DNA of 35,211 nucleotides from IMG/VR virus record IMGVR_UViG_3300028025_002403, positions 1 through 35,211 of that record. The stretch is one strand, 5' to 3'. Positions 17,035 to 27,112 of the stretch are shown one piece after another. The position numbers were made by a program, and so were the translations under genes. The stretch is from a virus. Its lineage: Duplodnaviria > Caudoviricetes. The notes under the pieces are model-generated. The model was given only the letters and a program-made list of their open reading frames with translations. It was not told the origin of the DNA and did not search any database. Within the stretch, counting starts at the first letter, position 1, and the number at the start of each line of letters is the position of its first letter.

Positions 17035-18702
17035 ATGATTGACCAACTATTTATGCAAGACTTGGCTAGAGATCTAGCCCCGCCTTTAGAGCCAGTAGAG
17101 CAACCAGCTACATTGCTTGCCGCTGGCCCAGCAAGATCAGATGTTGGTCAAGTTACAGTACAAGGTTATAACGAGGCTAAGCCTAGTGGCGTAAGAGTCG
17201 GTAGAGCTGGTATTAGCCCAGAGCAATCTGCTAAAGCTGGTGGTTTAGATCGCCCATTAGTAGCTTTATTAGATACGCTTGCTGGCGCTTTAAAAGGTGC
17301 TACTGCGCAGACTCTTGGCTTGCCAGGAGATATCCGCTCTATCCTAGATTTGATTAGTCAAGAAGGCGCTCAAAAGTATTTAGGTGAGCCAGTCATGCCA
17401 ACTACTGAGCAGATGCAAGACATCCTACCAGCGGTAGTCCCACAAGGCGTAGCTAACCAATCAGAACGCGAGCAGACCGCTAAGATGGCTAGCGAGATTG
17501 GTACATTCCTACCAGCTCCAGGTATTCCAGAGGCCGCAGTCCAGGGTGTTAAGGCAGTTACTAAAGCCGTTAAAGCTACTAAGGGTTTACCAGTAGGTAT
17601 GAGTATTCAAGATGTAAGCAAGTCAGTACCAGAGGATGTCAAAACAGAGCCGTTTAAGAATTGGTTTGGAGATTGGATGGCTAACCCTGAGAGAGCATCT
17701 AAAGTGGTAAATGATGTTGGTGCGCCATTAGCCGTATATCATGGTACTGGCAGACCAGATCGCGTTGGTACTCAGTTTAAAAAAAGTAGAGCCACGTCTG
17801 GCCCTATGTCATTTTTTACTGATAGCCCAGAAATTGCTAGCGGATACGCAAAAGGAAAAACAGATACAAGTATTGCGTATGAAGATAATGCGTATGACTA
17901 CAACAACTGGTTTAAGAAAAAGGTTGGCCGCTCTACATTAAACCTAGAGCAAGCTGGGGCAAGAATGACCCAAGAAGAGCGTAAAGCCGTCATTGAAAAA
18001 TTAAAAGATATTACGCAAGACGAAGATACTGGTGAGATTGTTTATAAGCAAGGTGGCGGTTCTATCGTAGCTCCAAGTACGTTTGATTTTTATTTAAATC
18101 AAGAGTCCAAAGGGAACCCCTTGCTTGCGGCAAACAAGCTATGGTTGGAGTCTGGCAACTTATACAACAGAGAAGAGGAATTTGCTAAGGTATTAAACCT
18201 TGCTGGCGTAAAAGGATTTGACTATACATCTCCCCATGAACGCAATCCATTTTTGTACAAAGTTTATTTAGATATTAAAAACCCATTAGATACTGGCAAC
18301 ATTCCAGAAAATGTCATGCTTGGTCTTGAACAAAGCGCTAAAAAAGTTCGCAAGCCAGCTCAAAGAGGTGGGGCTGATAATTGGGATAAAAATACTATAT
18401 CTCCAAGCGATTGGATTGATAGATTAAAAAGCGACGTAAAAGATGGCACAACTCACGCTTGGACAAGTATTCCAGACTGGGTAACAAAAGCATTAAAGAG
18501 TCAAGGTTATGACGGCATAAAAGATACGGGCGGCAAGGCTGGTGGAATTAGTCATGCGGTTTGGATTCCGTTTGAGGAAAATCAAGTAAAGTCTGCTATT
18601 GGCAACAAAGGAACTTTTAGTAAAGAAAAGAAAGATATCCTTAGAGGTGTTGCAGTTACAGGCGGTGCTGGTGCAATGCAACAACAGGAAGAGAATAAAT
18701 GA
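17035..18702 (+). CDS. internal virion protein with ADP-ribosyltransferase-like (ART-PolyVal) domain
   Basis: FKNWFGDW..SKVV..GAPLAVYHGT, FFTDSPEIASGYA, VYLDIKNP, GYDGI, FEENQVKSAIGNKGTF. Confidence 0.75.
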   Translation: MIDQLFMQDLARDLAPPLEPVEQPATLLAAGPARSDVGQVTVQGYNEAKPSGVRVGRAGISPEQSAKAGGLDRPLVALLDTLAGALKGATAQTLGLPGDIRSILDLISQEGAQKYLGEPVMPTTEQMQDILPAVVPQGVANQSEREQTAKMASEIGTFLPAPGIPEAAVQGVKAVTKAVKATKGLPVGMSIQDVSKSVPEDVKTEPFKNWFGDWMANPERASKVVNDVGAPLAVYHGTGRPDRVGTQFKKSRATSGPMSFFTDSPEIASGYAKGKTDTSIAYEDNAYDYNNWFKKKVGRSTLNLEQAGARMTQEERKAVIEKLKDITQDEDTGEIVYKQGGGSIVAPSTFDFYLNQESKGNPLLAANKLWLESGNLYNREEEFAKVLNLAGVKGFDYTSPHERNPFLYKVYLDIKNPLDTGNIPENVMLGLEQSAKKVRKPAQRGGADNWDKNTISPSDWIDRLKSDVKDGTTHAWTSIPDWVTKALKSQGYDGIKDTGGKAGGISHAVWIPFEENQVKSAIGNKGTFSKEKKDILRGVAVTGGAGAMQQQEENK

Positions 18703-21593
18703 CAGTCCCATCTTTAAACGAGCGTATTGACCAATTAGCTGGAGCTGATAAAGAGTCTGCCGAGGTAGTGCCAGTCGCCGACCAGATGCAAGAGCTGGTA
18801 CCGCTGACTGATGCTGGCCAAGGATTTGAACCAACTCAGGTAGCTGGCCCAGCTAGTTTGATTAAGAGCGCAGTTAAAGCGGCTCCTAAGCGCACCGAGA
18901 GACTTATCATAGAGGGTGATAAGACCTTAGAGAAGATCGGGCCTTATACGACGTTTAAAGAGGCCAAGCCTGAGACTGCTAAAGTCATCGTTGAGTCTAT
19001 GCCTGAGATGCCTACTACGGGTAAACCCTCACCCAGCCCTATGGAAAAAGCGGCTGGTGTACCTGAGACTGCATTTAACTTAGACCTGATTAAAGATGAT
19101 GACGGGGTTAAGCAATTTATTGAGGCTACTGCCAGACAATACGGCGCAGATAAGATTGAGAAGATTAGCTATAAGCAGATGGCCGAGGAGTTATCTGTTA
19201 GTGGTTACGATGAGGGCTTTATTGCTCGCATCCTAGACCCGATGCAAGCTACCAAGGCTAGCCCACAAGATGCGTACAAAATGCAACTGGCTTTAGTGGA
19301 TGCTGGTAAACGCGCATACGATTTAGGTCAACAAGTAAAAGCGGCTAATGACGCTGGCAAATTAACTGCCGACCTATCATCTGCATTTATGCAAGCCGTA
19401 GCCCTAGAGGGTGAACTAACTAAGGCAGTACGCGGCCGTCAGACTGACATTGCCCGTACCCTTGGTATTCTCTCACAGGCTAGAGAGTCATCTGTAAATC
19501 GTGGTCAGATGCTAGAGTCAATTATGAATGAGGCTGGCGGTATCAGCTCAGTACATGACTTAGCTAATAAATATACGGCGCTTGCATCTGCTAGCGCTAG
19601 AGCCAACGTGGCTGAGAAGTCGCTTAGCGGTACTGCTACTGAGATCTGGACAAGCACTTGGATTAATGGCTTGCTATCTAACCCAGTAACCCATGCTAAG
19701 AATATCGCTGGTAACTTATTTTTTGGTGGCCTACAAATTCCTGAGCGCGCCCTGGCATCTGCTATTGGTACTACCCGTAACTTCATGTTTAAAGGTGGCG
19801 AGCAAGCGATTTCAGGCAATGAGCTATACGCTCAGGCCGTAGGGTTCTTACAAGGCATCCGCGAGGGTGGTGAGATCGCTGGTACTGCGTTTGTACACAA
19901 TGCTCCTACTGACGCGTTCTCTAAGATTGAGACTGGCCGAGTTGGGCGCGATGCTTTTGATATCGACTTTGGCGACTCTGCTACTGGCCAAGGCGTATCT
20001 AATGCTTTGAAATACTGGGGTAAGTTTGTAACTCTTCCAGGTCGCGCCCTAATGGCAGAGGATGAGTTCTTTAAAGCCGTTGGCTATCGCATGGAATTAA
20101 ACGCCTTGTCAGTACGTGAAGGCGATAAGATGTATCAGAACCTAGTTAAAGCTGGAGTTAGCCCAGACGATGCGTCTAAGCAATCCGCTGATCTGGTAGC
20201 TGAGTTGCTATCTAATCCAAGCCCTGATATTGAAGAGGCGGCTAAGTCTGTATCGCGCACCGTTACATTTACTCGCGAATTAGAGCCATCTTTACAGGGC
20301 ATCCAGAGAGCCGCGCAGAACCCTTTAATCAAGATGTTTGTACCGTTTATTAAGACGCCTACTAATATCGCGCTAGAGGCTATGGCTCGTACTCCTGGCC
20401 TTAATTTTGCAAGCCCTAGATTCTGGGGTGATTACAACGCTGGCGGTATTCGTCGCGATCAAGCTATCGCTCGCGTAACCCTAGGTGGCGCTATGATCTA
20501 CTCAGTATCAGCTGGCGTATTTGAAGGCCGTCTAACTGGCTATGGCCCTATGCGCTTAGAAGATAAGAAGGCGTTAGAGGGTACAGGCTGGCAACAATTC
20601 TCAGTAGCGTTTAACAAGTCAGACGTATCTGAAGAGCTGATGGCTGAGTTTGAAAAGCTGACCACCGTATCGCGTGGCCCAGATAAGATTTACGTAAGCT
20701 ATGCTGGCCTAGAGCCTATTGGTACTCTGCTCGGTATTGGCGCTACTTCTGGCGAATACGCTCAGATGACTCCAGGCGGTGATGACTTAGACAAGCTAGC
20801 TATGGGTGGCGCACTAGGGGTTTACCAGTACTTATCAGAGCAACCGATGTTAAAGGGCTTTAGCGATATCACTAAGGTATTTACCTCTGGTTCTAAAGAT
20901 GCACCTACAATTTTTTACGATTTAATCAAGGCAACTACCAAGCAAGCATCTAGCTTTGCTATTGGCGGCTCTCCATTAGGCGCCCATAGTTCTTTAGTTG
21001 CTGGCGTTACCCGTATTGTTGACCCTACTAAAGCCAATACAATGGCTAGCGAAATGGGTACCAAGGAAGGCTTTATCGAGCCAGCCGTACGCTCATTCTA
21101 TGAGGCAGTAAACTACGTTAAATCCCGTAACCCATTGACTTCAAACAGTTTGCCACGCGCACTAGACCCTATTACTGGGGATGTACAGACAGTTGGCAAG
21201 GGCAAGCTCTATGAGATGTTTAATCCATTTAAGTTATCTGACGGTAAGTTCAGCCAAGCCCATGCCGTATTAGTAGCTTATGGCGTACCGATGTATATCC
21301 CAGATAAGAGCTTTGATGGCATCCAGCTTTCAGCCCAGCAATATAACCGCTGGATTGAGCTAGCTACCCAAGATGGCCAGCTCGCAGAACAGATCAAGTA
21401 CTTAGGCGTATCAGATGGATTCCAAGAGAAGGCAAGCAATAATCTTGGAGAGGCTCAGGCCATGCTATCCATGATGATATCTAAGGCTTATTCAGATGCT
21501 AAGCAGAGATTAATCCAGGAAGATATCGATTTGTATGATGCGGTGCGTACGGCTGAAGAGGCCAAGCGTGATTATGGTAAGTATAAACGCTAG
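18699..21593 (+). CDS. large internal virion protein (gp16-like)
   Basis: 964 aa; NGLLSNPVTH..N, PFIKTPTNI, YVSYAGLEPIG motifs of podophage ejected proteins. Confidence 0.75.
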   Translation: MTVPSLNERIDQLAGADKESAEVVPVADQMQELVPLTDAGQGFEPTQVAGPASLIKSAVKAAPKRTERLIIEGDKTLEKIGPYTTFKEAKPETAKVIVESMPEMPTTGKPSPSPMEKAAGVPETAFNLDLIKDDDGVKQFIEATARQYGADKIEKISYKQMAEELSVSGYDEGFIARILDPMQATKASPQDAYKMQLALVDAGKRAYDLGQQVKAANDAGKLTADLSSAFMQAVALEGELTKAVRGRQTDIARTLGILSQARESSVNRGQMLESIMNEAGGISSVHDLANKYTALASASARANVAEKSLSGTATEIWTSTWINGLLSNPVTHAKNIAGNLFFGGLQIPERALASAIGTTRNFMFKGGEQAISGNELYAQAVGFLQGIREGGEIAGTAFVHNAPTDAFSKIETGRVGRDAFDIDFGDSATGQGVSNALKYWGKFVTLPGRALMAEDEFFKAVGYRMELNALSVREGDKMYQNLVKAGVSPDDASKQSADLVAELLSNPSPDIEEAAKSVSRTVTFTRELEPSLQGIQRAAQNPLIKMFVPFIKTPTNIALEAMARTPGLNFASPRFWGDYNAGGIRRDQAIARVTLGGAMIYSVSAGVFEGRLTGYGPMRLEDKKALEGTGWQQFSVAFNKSDVSEELMAEFEKLTTVSRGPDKIYVSYAGLEPIGTLLGIGATSGEYAQMTPGGDDLDKLAMGGALGVYQYLSEQPMLKGFSDITKVFTSGSKDAPTIFYDLIKATTKQASSFAIGGSPLGAHSSLVAGVTRIVDPTKANTMASEMGTKEGFIEPAVRSFYEAVNYVKSRNPLTSNSLPRALDPITGDVQTVGKGKLYEMFNPFKLSDGKFSQAHAVLVAYGVPMYIPDKSFDGIQLSAQQYNRWIELATQDGQLAEQIKYLGVSDGFQEKASNNLGEAQAMLSMMISKAYSDAKQRLIQEDIDLYDAVRTAEEAKRDYGKYKR

Positions 21594-21640
21594 ATTTTTT
21601 TAACTAAATCAGATAGATTTGACCAAAACAGGAATTTATT

Positions 21641-23212
21641 ATGGCCGATTACGCAATATCTAATGTACCCCGCAGAGTGGTCTATGCCAACTCAGGTGTA
21701 GGGCCGTACGCCTTTACCTTTGAAATCCTAGATGAGACCGATATCGCAGTATATCGTGGCTCTACATTATTGACTTTAACAACCAACTATTCAGTTACGA
21801 TTAATGCTAATGGTACTGGTTCTGTAACTTTGGTTACTGCGGGTACAGGCAATATCACAATCGTCGGCGCTAAGAATATCCAGCGCACTACTGACTTTAC
21901 AACTGGCGGCGATCTATTTGCTAATACTTTAAATGATGAGTTAGATAACCAGACCATTTTTATTCAGCAAGTAGCTGAGACCGCAGAGCGTGGACTTAAA
22001 GCCCCAGTAACAGACCCTACTGATATCGCTATGACTCTACCAGCTAAAGCATCTCGCGCTGGTAAGACTCTAGCGTTTGATGCTAACGGAAACCCAGTAG
22101 TCGGTGAGGATATCGGCAACTGGCGTGGTAACTGGGCTAGCGGTACTACATACACCGTACGCGACTTAGTTAAAGACGCTACAAACTACAATGTATATCG
22201 TTGTAACACCGCTCATACTTCTAGCGGCTCTGCTCCTATTAGTGGTAACGCTGACTCTGCTAAATGGGATTTAGTAATCGATGCTGAGTATGCGGCTGAC
22301 CAAGCTGACGCGGCGGCGGCTAGTGCATTAGCGGCTCAGACTGCTGAGACAAATGCAGAGACCGCTGAGACCAATGCTGAGACTGCGGCTACTAATGCCG
22401 CATCAAGCGCATCTGCGGCTAGTACATCTGCTACTAATGCGGCCAGCTCTGCATCTGCCGCTAGCTCTTCTGCTAGTTCTGCGTCAAGCTCTGCAAGTGC
22501 GGCTTCAACTTCAGCATCAAACGCATCAACTAGCGCCTCAACTGCATCGACTCAGGCTACTAATGCTAGCAACTCAGCTAGCGCGGCATCTACTAGCGCG
22601 AGCAATGCGGCAAGTTCAGCTAGCGCGGCTAGCACTTCTGCAAGCAACGCATCTACTTCAGCTACTAACGCGGCTAACTCTGCAACCTCAGCATCTAGCT
22701 CAGCTAGTACTGCTACTACCCAGGCTACCAATGCGGCTAATAGTGCAAGTGCGGCAAGCACAAGCGCGACTAATGCAAGTAATAGCGCAACTGCGGCCGC
22801 TAGCTCTGCTACTGCGGCGGCTGGTTCTGCTACATCTGCGGCCTCTAGCGCAACTGCGGCGGCGGCATCTGCGGCAGAGGCGGCTAATAAAGTAGCCAAG
22901 ACAAGTGATACTGGTTCAGCCGTATTGCCTAAAGGCACTACTGCTCAGAGAGACGGTACACCTCAGTCTGGCTACCTACGATTTAATACCACTACTGGCG
23001 CCCCAGAGATCTATAACGGCACTAGCTGGGGTTCAGTTGGTGGCGGCGCTACTGGTGCTGGTGGCGATACAGTATTCCAAGAAAATTCTAGGACTGTAAC
23101 TACAAACTACACACTTACAACTGGTAAGTCTGCATCTACTGTTGGCCCTATCACAGTAAATAGCGGTGTAACTTTAACTATTCCATCTGGCGAAAGATTG
23201 GTGATTTTATGA
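21641..23212 (+). CDS. tail fibre with T7 gp17-type N-terminal adaptor and Ala/Ser coiled stalk
   Basis: YAFTFEIL..DI.VY, RTTDF..GG....LNDELD N-terminus; long A/S/T/N repeat; LPKGTTAQR..G.LRFN distal motif. Confidence 0.9.
   Translation: MADYAISNVPRRVVYANSGVGPYAFTFEILDETDIAVYRGSTLLTLTTNYSVTINANGTGSVTLVTAGTGNITIVGAKNIQRTTDFTTGGDLFANTLNDELDNQTIFIQQVAETAERGLKAPVTDPTDIAMTLPAKASRAGKTLAFDANGNPVVGEDIGNWRGNWASGTTYTVRDLVKDATNYNVYRCNTAHTSSGSAPISGNADSAKWDLVIDAEYAADQADAAAASALAAQTAETNAETAETNAETAATNAASSASAASTSATNAASSASAASSSASSASSSASAASTSASNASTSASTASTQATNASNSASAASTSASNAASSASAASTSASNASTSATNAANSATSASSSASTATTQATNAANSASAASTSATNASNSATAAASSATAAAGSATSAASSATAAAASAAEAANKVAKTSDTGSAVLPKGTTAQRDGTPQSGYLRFNTTTGAPEIYNGTSWGSVGGGATGAGGDTVFQENSRTVTTNYTLTTGKSASTVGPITVNSGVTLTIPSGERLVIL
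22315..22885 (+). repeat. degenerate 7/14-aa Ala-Ser-Thr-Asn tandem repeats
   Basis: units such as AASSASAASTSATN / AASTSASNA recur; codons are diverged between units. Confidence 0.85.
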
Positions 23213-23751
23213 GCATAGTCTTACAATCAACTGGCGGTGGCTCAGTAACTTTACAAGAGCCATCTACTGCATCTAATGTAACTGTAACTATTCCAGCCGC
23301 TACTGGCACAGTAATGGTTAGCGGTAATATGCCAGCGTTTTTTGCATACGCTTCAGTAGACCAAAGCATAACTGCCGCTACATTTACTAAAGTTACATTA
23401 GGTGCAGAAGGGTTTGATACTAACAACAACTTTGCTTCTTCTACATTTACACCTACTGTTGCTGGATATTATCAAATAAGCGGTGGAGTTTCCAATTTAG
23501 GTGGAAATACTCCAACTAGAGTTATTGTTGCTTTATTTAAAAACGGCTCAGGATGGGTTTCTTTAGGTGATTACACTAACTCAAGCACATATAGAACTTA
23601 TGGTTCTGCGTTAATTTATTGCAACGGAACAACTGATTATATTGAGCTATATACATACTTTACTGGCTCTAGCCTTGCAATTCAAGGCGGCTCAAGCACA
23701 GGCGTTGGGTACAATACTTATATGACTGGTTCATTGGTAAGGGTGGCATAA
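23209..23751 (+). CDS. receptor-binding/tail-tip protein, C1q/TNF-like fold
   Basis: PAFFAY...FDTNNNF..STFTPTVAGYYQI...DYIELY. Confidence 0.7.
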   Translation: MSIVLQSTGGGSVTLQEPSTASNVTVTIPAATGTVMVSGNMPAFFAYASVDQSITAATFTKVTLGAEGFDTNNNFASSTFTPTVAGYYQISGGVSNLGGNTPTRVIVALFKNGSGWVSLGDYTNSSTYRTYGSALIYCNGTTDYIELYTYFTGSSLAIQGGSSTGVGYNTYMTGSLVRVA

Positions 23752-23752
23752 A

Positions 23753-23917
23753 ATGACTTTATTTGAAAAAATTATTGCTTTATATCCTGAACTTGCAACT
23801 TTTGATTTTTCAAGCGATGTTATTACACTTCAAAACGATTCAGACGGCAAAGGCGATTACATTGCTAAATGGGAACACCCTACACTAGCTAGACCAACAG
23901 ATGAGGAATTAGCATAA
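23753..23917 (+). CDS. XkdW-like tail-fibre chaperone (54 aa, not in ORF track)
   Basis: MTLFEKIIALYPEL...LQNDSDGKGDYIAKWEHPTLARPTDEELA. Confidence 0.75.
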   Translation: MTLFEKIIALYPELATFDFSSDVITLQNDSDGKGDYIAKWEHPTLARPTDEELA

Positions 23918-24993
23918 TGCCATACGGAACAGTAAACGCTGATGTAATTCAGACTTCTACTAGCGGTGGAATACTAGGTGCTGGTAACGCTTCTATTATG
24001 AAGAATCGCATTATCAATGGTGCAATGGTTATTGACCAAAGAAATGCTGGTGCTAGTGTTACTCCTACGCATGATGGTTTTACTATTGACCGCTATAAAT
24101 GGGCTTTATCCCAAGCGTCAAAACTTACATCGCAACAAAGCACAACAACTGCGGTAGGGTTTGCAAACTCTATGCTTGTAACATCAACTGCCGCAACCAC
24201 AGTAGGTTCTAGCGACTATTTTTTCTTTAGACAAGAAATTGAAGGTTTTAATACTGCCGACCTTAACTGGGGAACAGCAAACGCTAAAACAGTTACTTTG
24301 TCTTTTTGGGTTCGTTCTAGCTTAACTGGCACTTTTGGTGGTTCTTTAAGAAATAGTGCTGGCGATAGGTCATACCCATTTAGCTACACAATATCATCTG
24401 CCAATACATTTGAATACAAATCAGTAACAATAGCTGGCGATACAAGCGGAACATGGCTTACAACCAACGGCATTGGTATTTCTTGCTCATTTGGTTTGGG
24501 TGTTGGTTCATCATTTAGCGGTACTGCTGGTAGCTGGCAAGCTAGTAACTTATTCTCATGTACTGGTGCTACCAATGTTGTAAGCACAAACGGAGCAACT
24601 TTCTACATTACTGGTGTTCAACTAGAAGTAGGAAGTAGTGCTACTGGATTTGAGTATGTAAATTATCAGACTAGCCTAGCTAACTGCCAACGCTATTATC
24701 AAACAATTAATGGTGGTATTGGCATTGCTTATGAAGCCGCTTCTATGTCATTTAGCGTACCTTATAAAGTAACAATGCGAGCCGCACCAACTGCTTCATT
24801 GCCAAGTGGCACTATTGTTACAGACAGAGCTGGTTCAGGTGGCTTTACAAGCACAAGTGCAAATATTGTTGGTAGCAATATTCAAACCAATGCAGCATCT
24901 TTAAATGTGTCGGGATGGAGTGGATTATCTACTGGTTGGGCTCCTTTGATTTATCAAAGTGCGGCTTGGGTAAACTTTAGTGCGGAGTTATAA
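23917..24993 (+). CDS. receptor-binding protein with carbohydrate-binding-like jelly roll
   Basis: KNRIINGAMVIDQR, VTLSFWVRS, ITGVQLEVGS, LANCQRYY, MRAAPT. Confidence 0.8.
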   Translation: MPYGTVNADVIQTSTSGGILGAGNASIMKNRIINGAMVIDQRNAGASVTPTHDGFTIDRYKWALSQASKLTSQQSTTTAVGFANSMLVTSTAATTVGSSDYFFFRQEIEGFNTADLNWGTANAKTVTLSFWVRSSLTGTFGGSLRNSAGDRSYPFSYTISSANTFEYKSVTIAGDTSGTWLTTNGIGISCSFGLGVGSSFSGTAGSWQASNLFSCTGATNVVSTNGATFYITGVQLEVGSSATGFEYVNYQTSLANCQRYYQTINGGIGIAYEAASMSFSVPYKVTMRAAPTASLPSGTIVTDRAGSGGFTSTSANIVGSNIQTNAASLNVSGWSGLSTGWAPLIYQSAAWVNFSAEL

Positions 24994-24994
24994 A

Positions 24995-25147
24995 ATGTAT
25001 AAATTATTAAATTATCCTAATCAAGTGCGTAGAATATCTGATGGTGCAGTCATTCCTTTTGACCCTGACAACACAGACTACCAAGCCTACCTAAAATGGG
25101 TAGAAGAAGGCAATACACCACTACCAGCGGATGAGGTGAAGGCATAA
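24995..25147 (+). CDS. tail-fibre assembly chaperone-like peptide (50 aa, not in ORF track)
   Basis: RISDGAVIPFDPDNTDYQAYLKWVEEGNTP. Confidence 0.75.
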   Translation: MYKLLNYPNQVRRISDGAVIPFDPDNTDYQAYLKWVEEGNTPLPADEVKA

Positions 25148-25782
25148 TGTTTTATACATATGCGCACTATAAGCCTGAAGGTGGACTTTTCTATATTGGA
25201 AAAGGCGCTAAAAATCGAGCTTATGATATGAAGATGCGCAATGTATATTGGAAAAATGTAGTTGCAAAATATGGTCATCCAATTGTAGAAATACTTGCTA
25301 ATTGGAAAACTGAGCAAGAAGCATTAGACCATGAAAAATTACTTATTTCATCATTTAAAGATATGGGATTCAAATTAGCTAATTTAACTAATGGCGGAGA
25401 AGGTGTTTCAGGATATAAACATACACAAAAAGCATTAGAAAAAATGCGTGGCAGAACTGGAGAAAAAAGCCATATGTTTGGAAAACCTAAAAGTGCAGTA
25501 GTTAAATTAAAAATATCTCAAGCTAATATTGGAAAAAAACAAACTGAAGAATTTAAAAAGAAAATTAGCGAAAGATTTAAAGGAAGGATATTTTCTACTG
25601 AACATTTAATAAAAATAAGTTCATCATTAAAAGGTAGAGAATTTACAAAAGAACATAAAGATAAAATAAGAATTACCAGTCAAAGATTGGTTAAATGCGA
25701 TCATTGCGATAAAATTGGTGCAAGAATAGCTATGGGAAGATGGCATTTTAATAACTGCAAATTTAAGGATATATTGAAATGA
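25147..25782 (+). mobile_element. free-standing GIY-YIG-type homing endonuclease with NUMOD3 repeats
   Basis: FYTY...FYIGKG..RA, conserved E, NLTNGGEG, HMFGKPKS..KISQA repeats; visibly AT-richer than flanks. Confidence 0.85.
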
Positions 25783-25973
25783 TGTGCATATCTTGGTTAT
25801 TTGACAAGCTAGGCTATATGCCTAAGATTTCAGTTGATACTAGCTGGCCTTTCCCAGCAACTCAGCAAGACTATGTTGCGCCTGAGTGCGAAAAGCCAGT
25901 TGTTGCTAAGAAAAAGCCAGCGGCTAAAAAGCCGAAGGTAGTTGCTAAATCTGCACGCAAAAAGAAAGCATAA
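25779..25973 (+). CDS. small Lys-rich protein
   Basis: histone-like tail KKKPAAKKPKVVAKSARKKKA. Confidence 0.6.
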   Translation: MMCISWLFDKLGYMPKISVDTSWPFPATQQDYVAPECEKPVVAKKKPAAKKPKVVAKSARKKKA

Positions 25974-25975
25974 TC

Positions 25976-26173
25976 ATGGCTGACAAACCTAACCTACCCT
26001 TAACTGACGAGCAGATCGAGCATCTAGTTGAGAAGGTAACAGAGAGAGTAATCGAGAATGTATATACCTCGGTTGGTAAATCCGTTGTTACTAAATTCTT
26101 TTGGGTGGTTGGTGTTGGTGCTATCGGCCTGGTTACTTACCTCGCTGGTATCGGCCATATCAAGGTAGGTTAA
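25976..26173 (+). CDS. small membrane protein of lysis region
   Basis: C-terminal TM FFWVVGVGAIGLVTYLAGI. Confidence 0.7.
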   Translation: MADKPNLPLTDEQIEHLVEKVTERVIENVYTSVGKSVVTKFFWVVGVGAIGLVTYLAGIGHIKVG

Positions 26174-26177
26174 GAAT

Positions 26178-26630
26178 GTGGCTGACGATTTCGGATTTCT
26201 CGCTGGAGCCAAAGGTTTTAGCGAGGGTTTAAATACTGGTAAGGCCGCTGGCAAGGAGATTAGCAAGGGCATTGAGAGTATTAAGAATGAGGCAGTAGAG
26301 TCAGCGCAAGAGAGAGCCAGAGAACGTCGTAGAGCGCAGAGAGAAGTAGAGTTTAAAAAGCAAACTGCTACGATCAAAGCGCTCCAGGAATACCAAAGAC
26401 GTAAGCTCATTACTGACGAAGAGGCCAAGTTAAAGATAGATTTTTTAAGAAAGTACGGCGCTAAAGAATGGGAACAAGTGCTAAAGATTAAGACTGAGAT
26501 AGCTAGAGTTGAAGATGAGAACAATAAAGCCTTTCAGTCAGATCTCAGAGATCGCAACATTGCTTTAGCCTGGTGCTTTTTTGCGGCATTTTGGGTTACA
26601 GTTTTTCTTAAATACATAGGGGCTTTTTGA
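26178..26630 (+). CDS. coiled-coil protein with C-terminal TM
   Basis: charged helix followed by IALAWCFFAAFWVTVFL. Confidence 0.7.
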   Translation: MADDFGFLAGAKGFSEGLNTGKAAGKEISKGIESIKNEAVESAQERARERRRAQREVEFKKQTATIKALQEYQRRKLITDEEAKLKIDFLRKYGAKEWEQVLKIKTEIARVEDENNKAFQSDLRDRNIALAWCFFAAFWVTVFLKYIGAF

Positions 26631-27112
26631 TGTTTACTTTACTCACTACTTTGGTCTCATTCCTAGCTGGCGGTCTGCCAAAGCTCATGGATTTTTTTCA
26701 AGATAAATCAGACAAGGCTCACGAAATTGAGCTAGCCAAGATGCAGACTGAGCGTGAGTTGCAGATGCTCAAAGAGGGTTATGTAGCACAAGCCAAAGTA
26801 GAAGAGATTAGGACTGAGCAAATATCTATCCAGTCAGCCGAGAAGGAGCGCGAGGCTTTGTATGCACATGACATTGCTATTGGCCAGGGCGCGGCTCAAT
26901 GGGTAATCAATGCCAGAGCATTTACCCGTAGCTTTATTACCTATGGCTTGTTTATTCTTTTTGCCTTTGTAGAGATCTTTGGTTTTATGTATGCCTGGCG
27001 TACTGGAGTTGACTTTACTGTTGCTCTTGATGCTTTATGGGATAACGAGACTCAGATTATTTGGGCTAGCGTAGTCTCATTTTGGTTTGGAACCCAGGCA
27101 TTTAAAAAATGA
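26627..27112 (+). CDS. holin (GTA-type 3TM family-like)
   Basis: hydrophobic segments, R..ITY, C-terminal FWFG; directly upstream of endolysin. Confidence 0.7.
   Translation: MMFTLLTTLVSFLAGGLPKLMDFFQDKSDKAHEIELAKMQTERELQMLKEGYVAQAKVEEIRTEQISIQSAEKEREALYAHDIAIGQGAAQWVINARAFTRSFITYGLFILFAFVEIFGFMYAWRTGVDFTVALDALWDNETQIIWASVVSFWFGTQAFKK

Noticed and set aside
22315-22885. Possible CRISPR array or DGR repeat
   Set aside because: Repeats are conserved at protein level only; no identical repeat-spacer pattern, cas gene or reverse transcriptase
22353-23099. Alternative-frame and antisense ORFs over the tail fibre
   Set aside because: Shadows of the low-complexity Ala/Ser repeat, which lacks stops in other frames
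25100-25800. Group I intron around the endonuclease
   Set aside because: The ORF abuts neighbours with overlapping stop/start codons, leaving no room for an intron core, and no host gene is split
26024-26524. 166-aa minus-strand ORF in lysis region
   Set aside because: Antisense to two well-formed + strand genes; no motif or RBS
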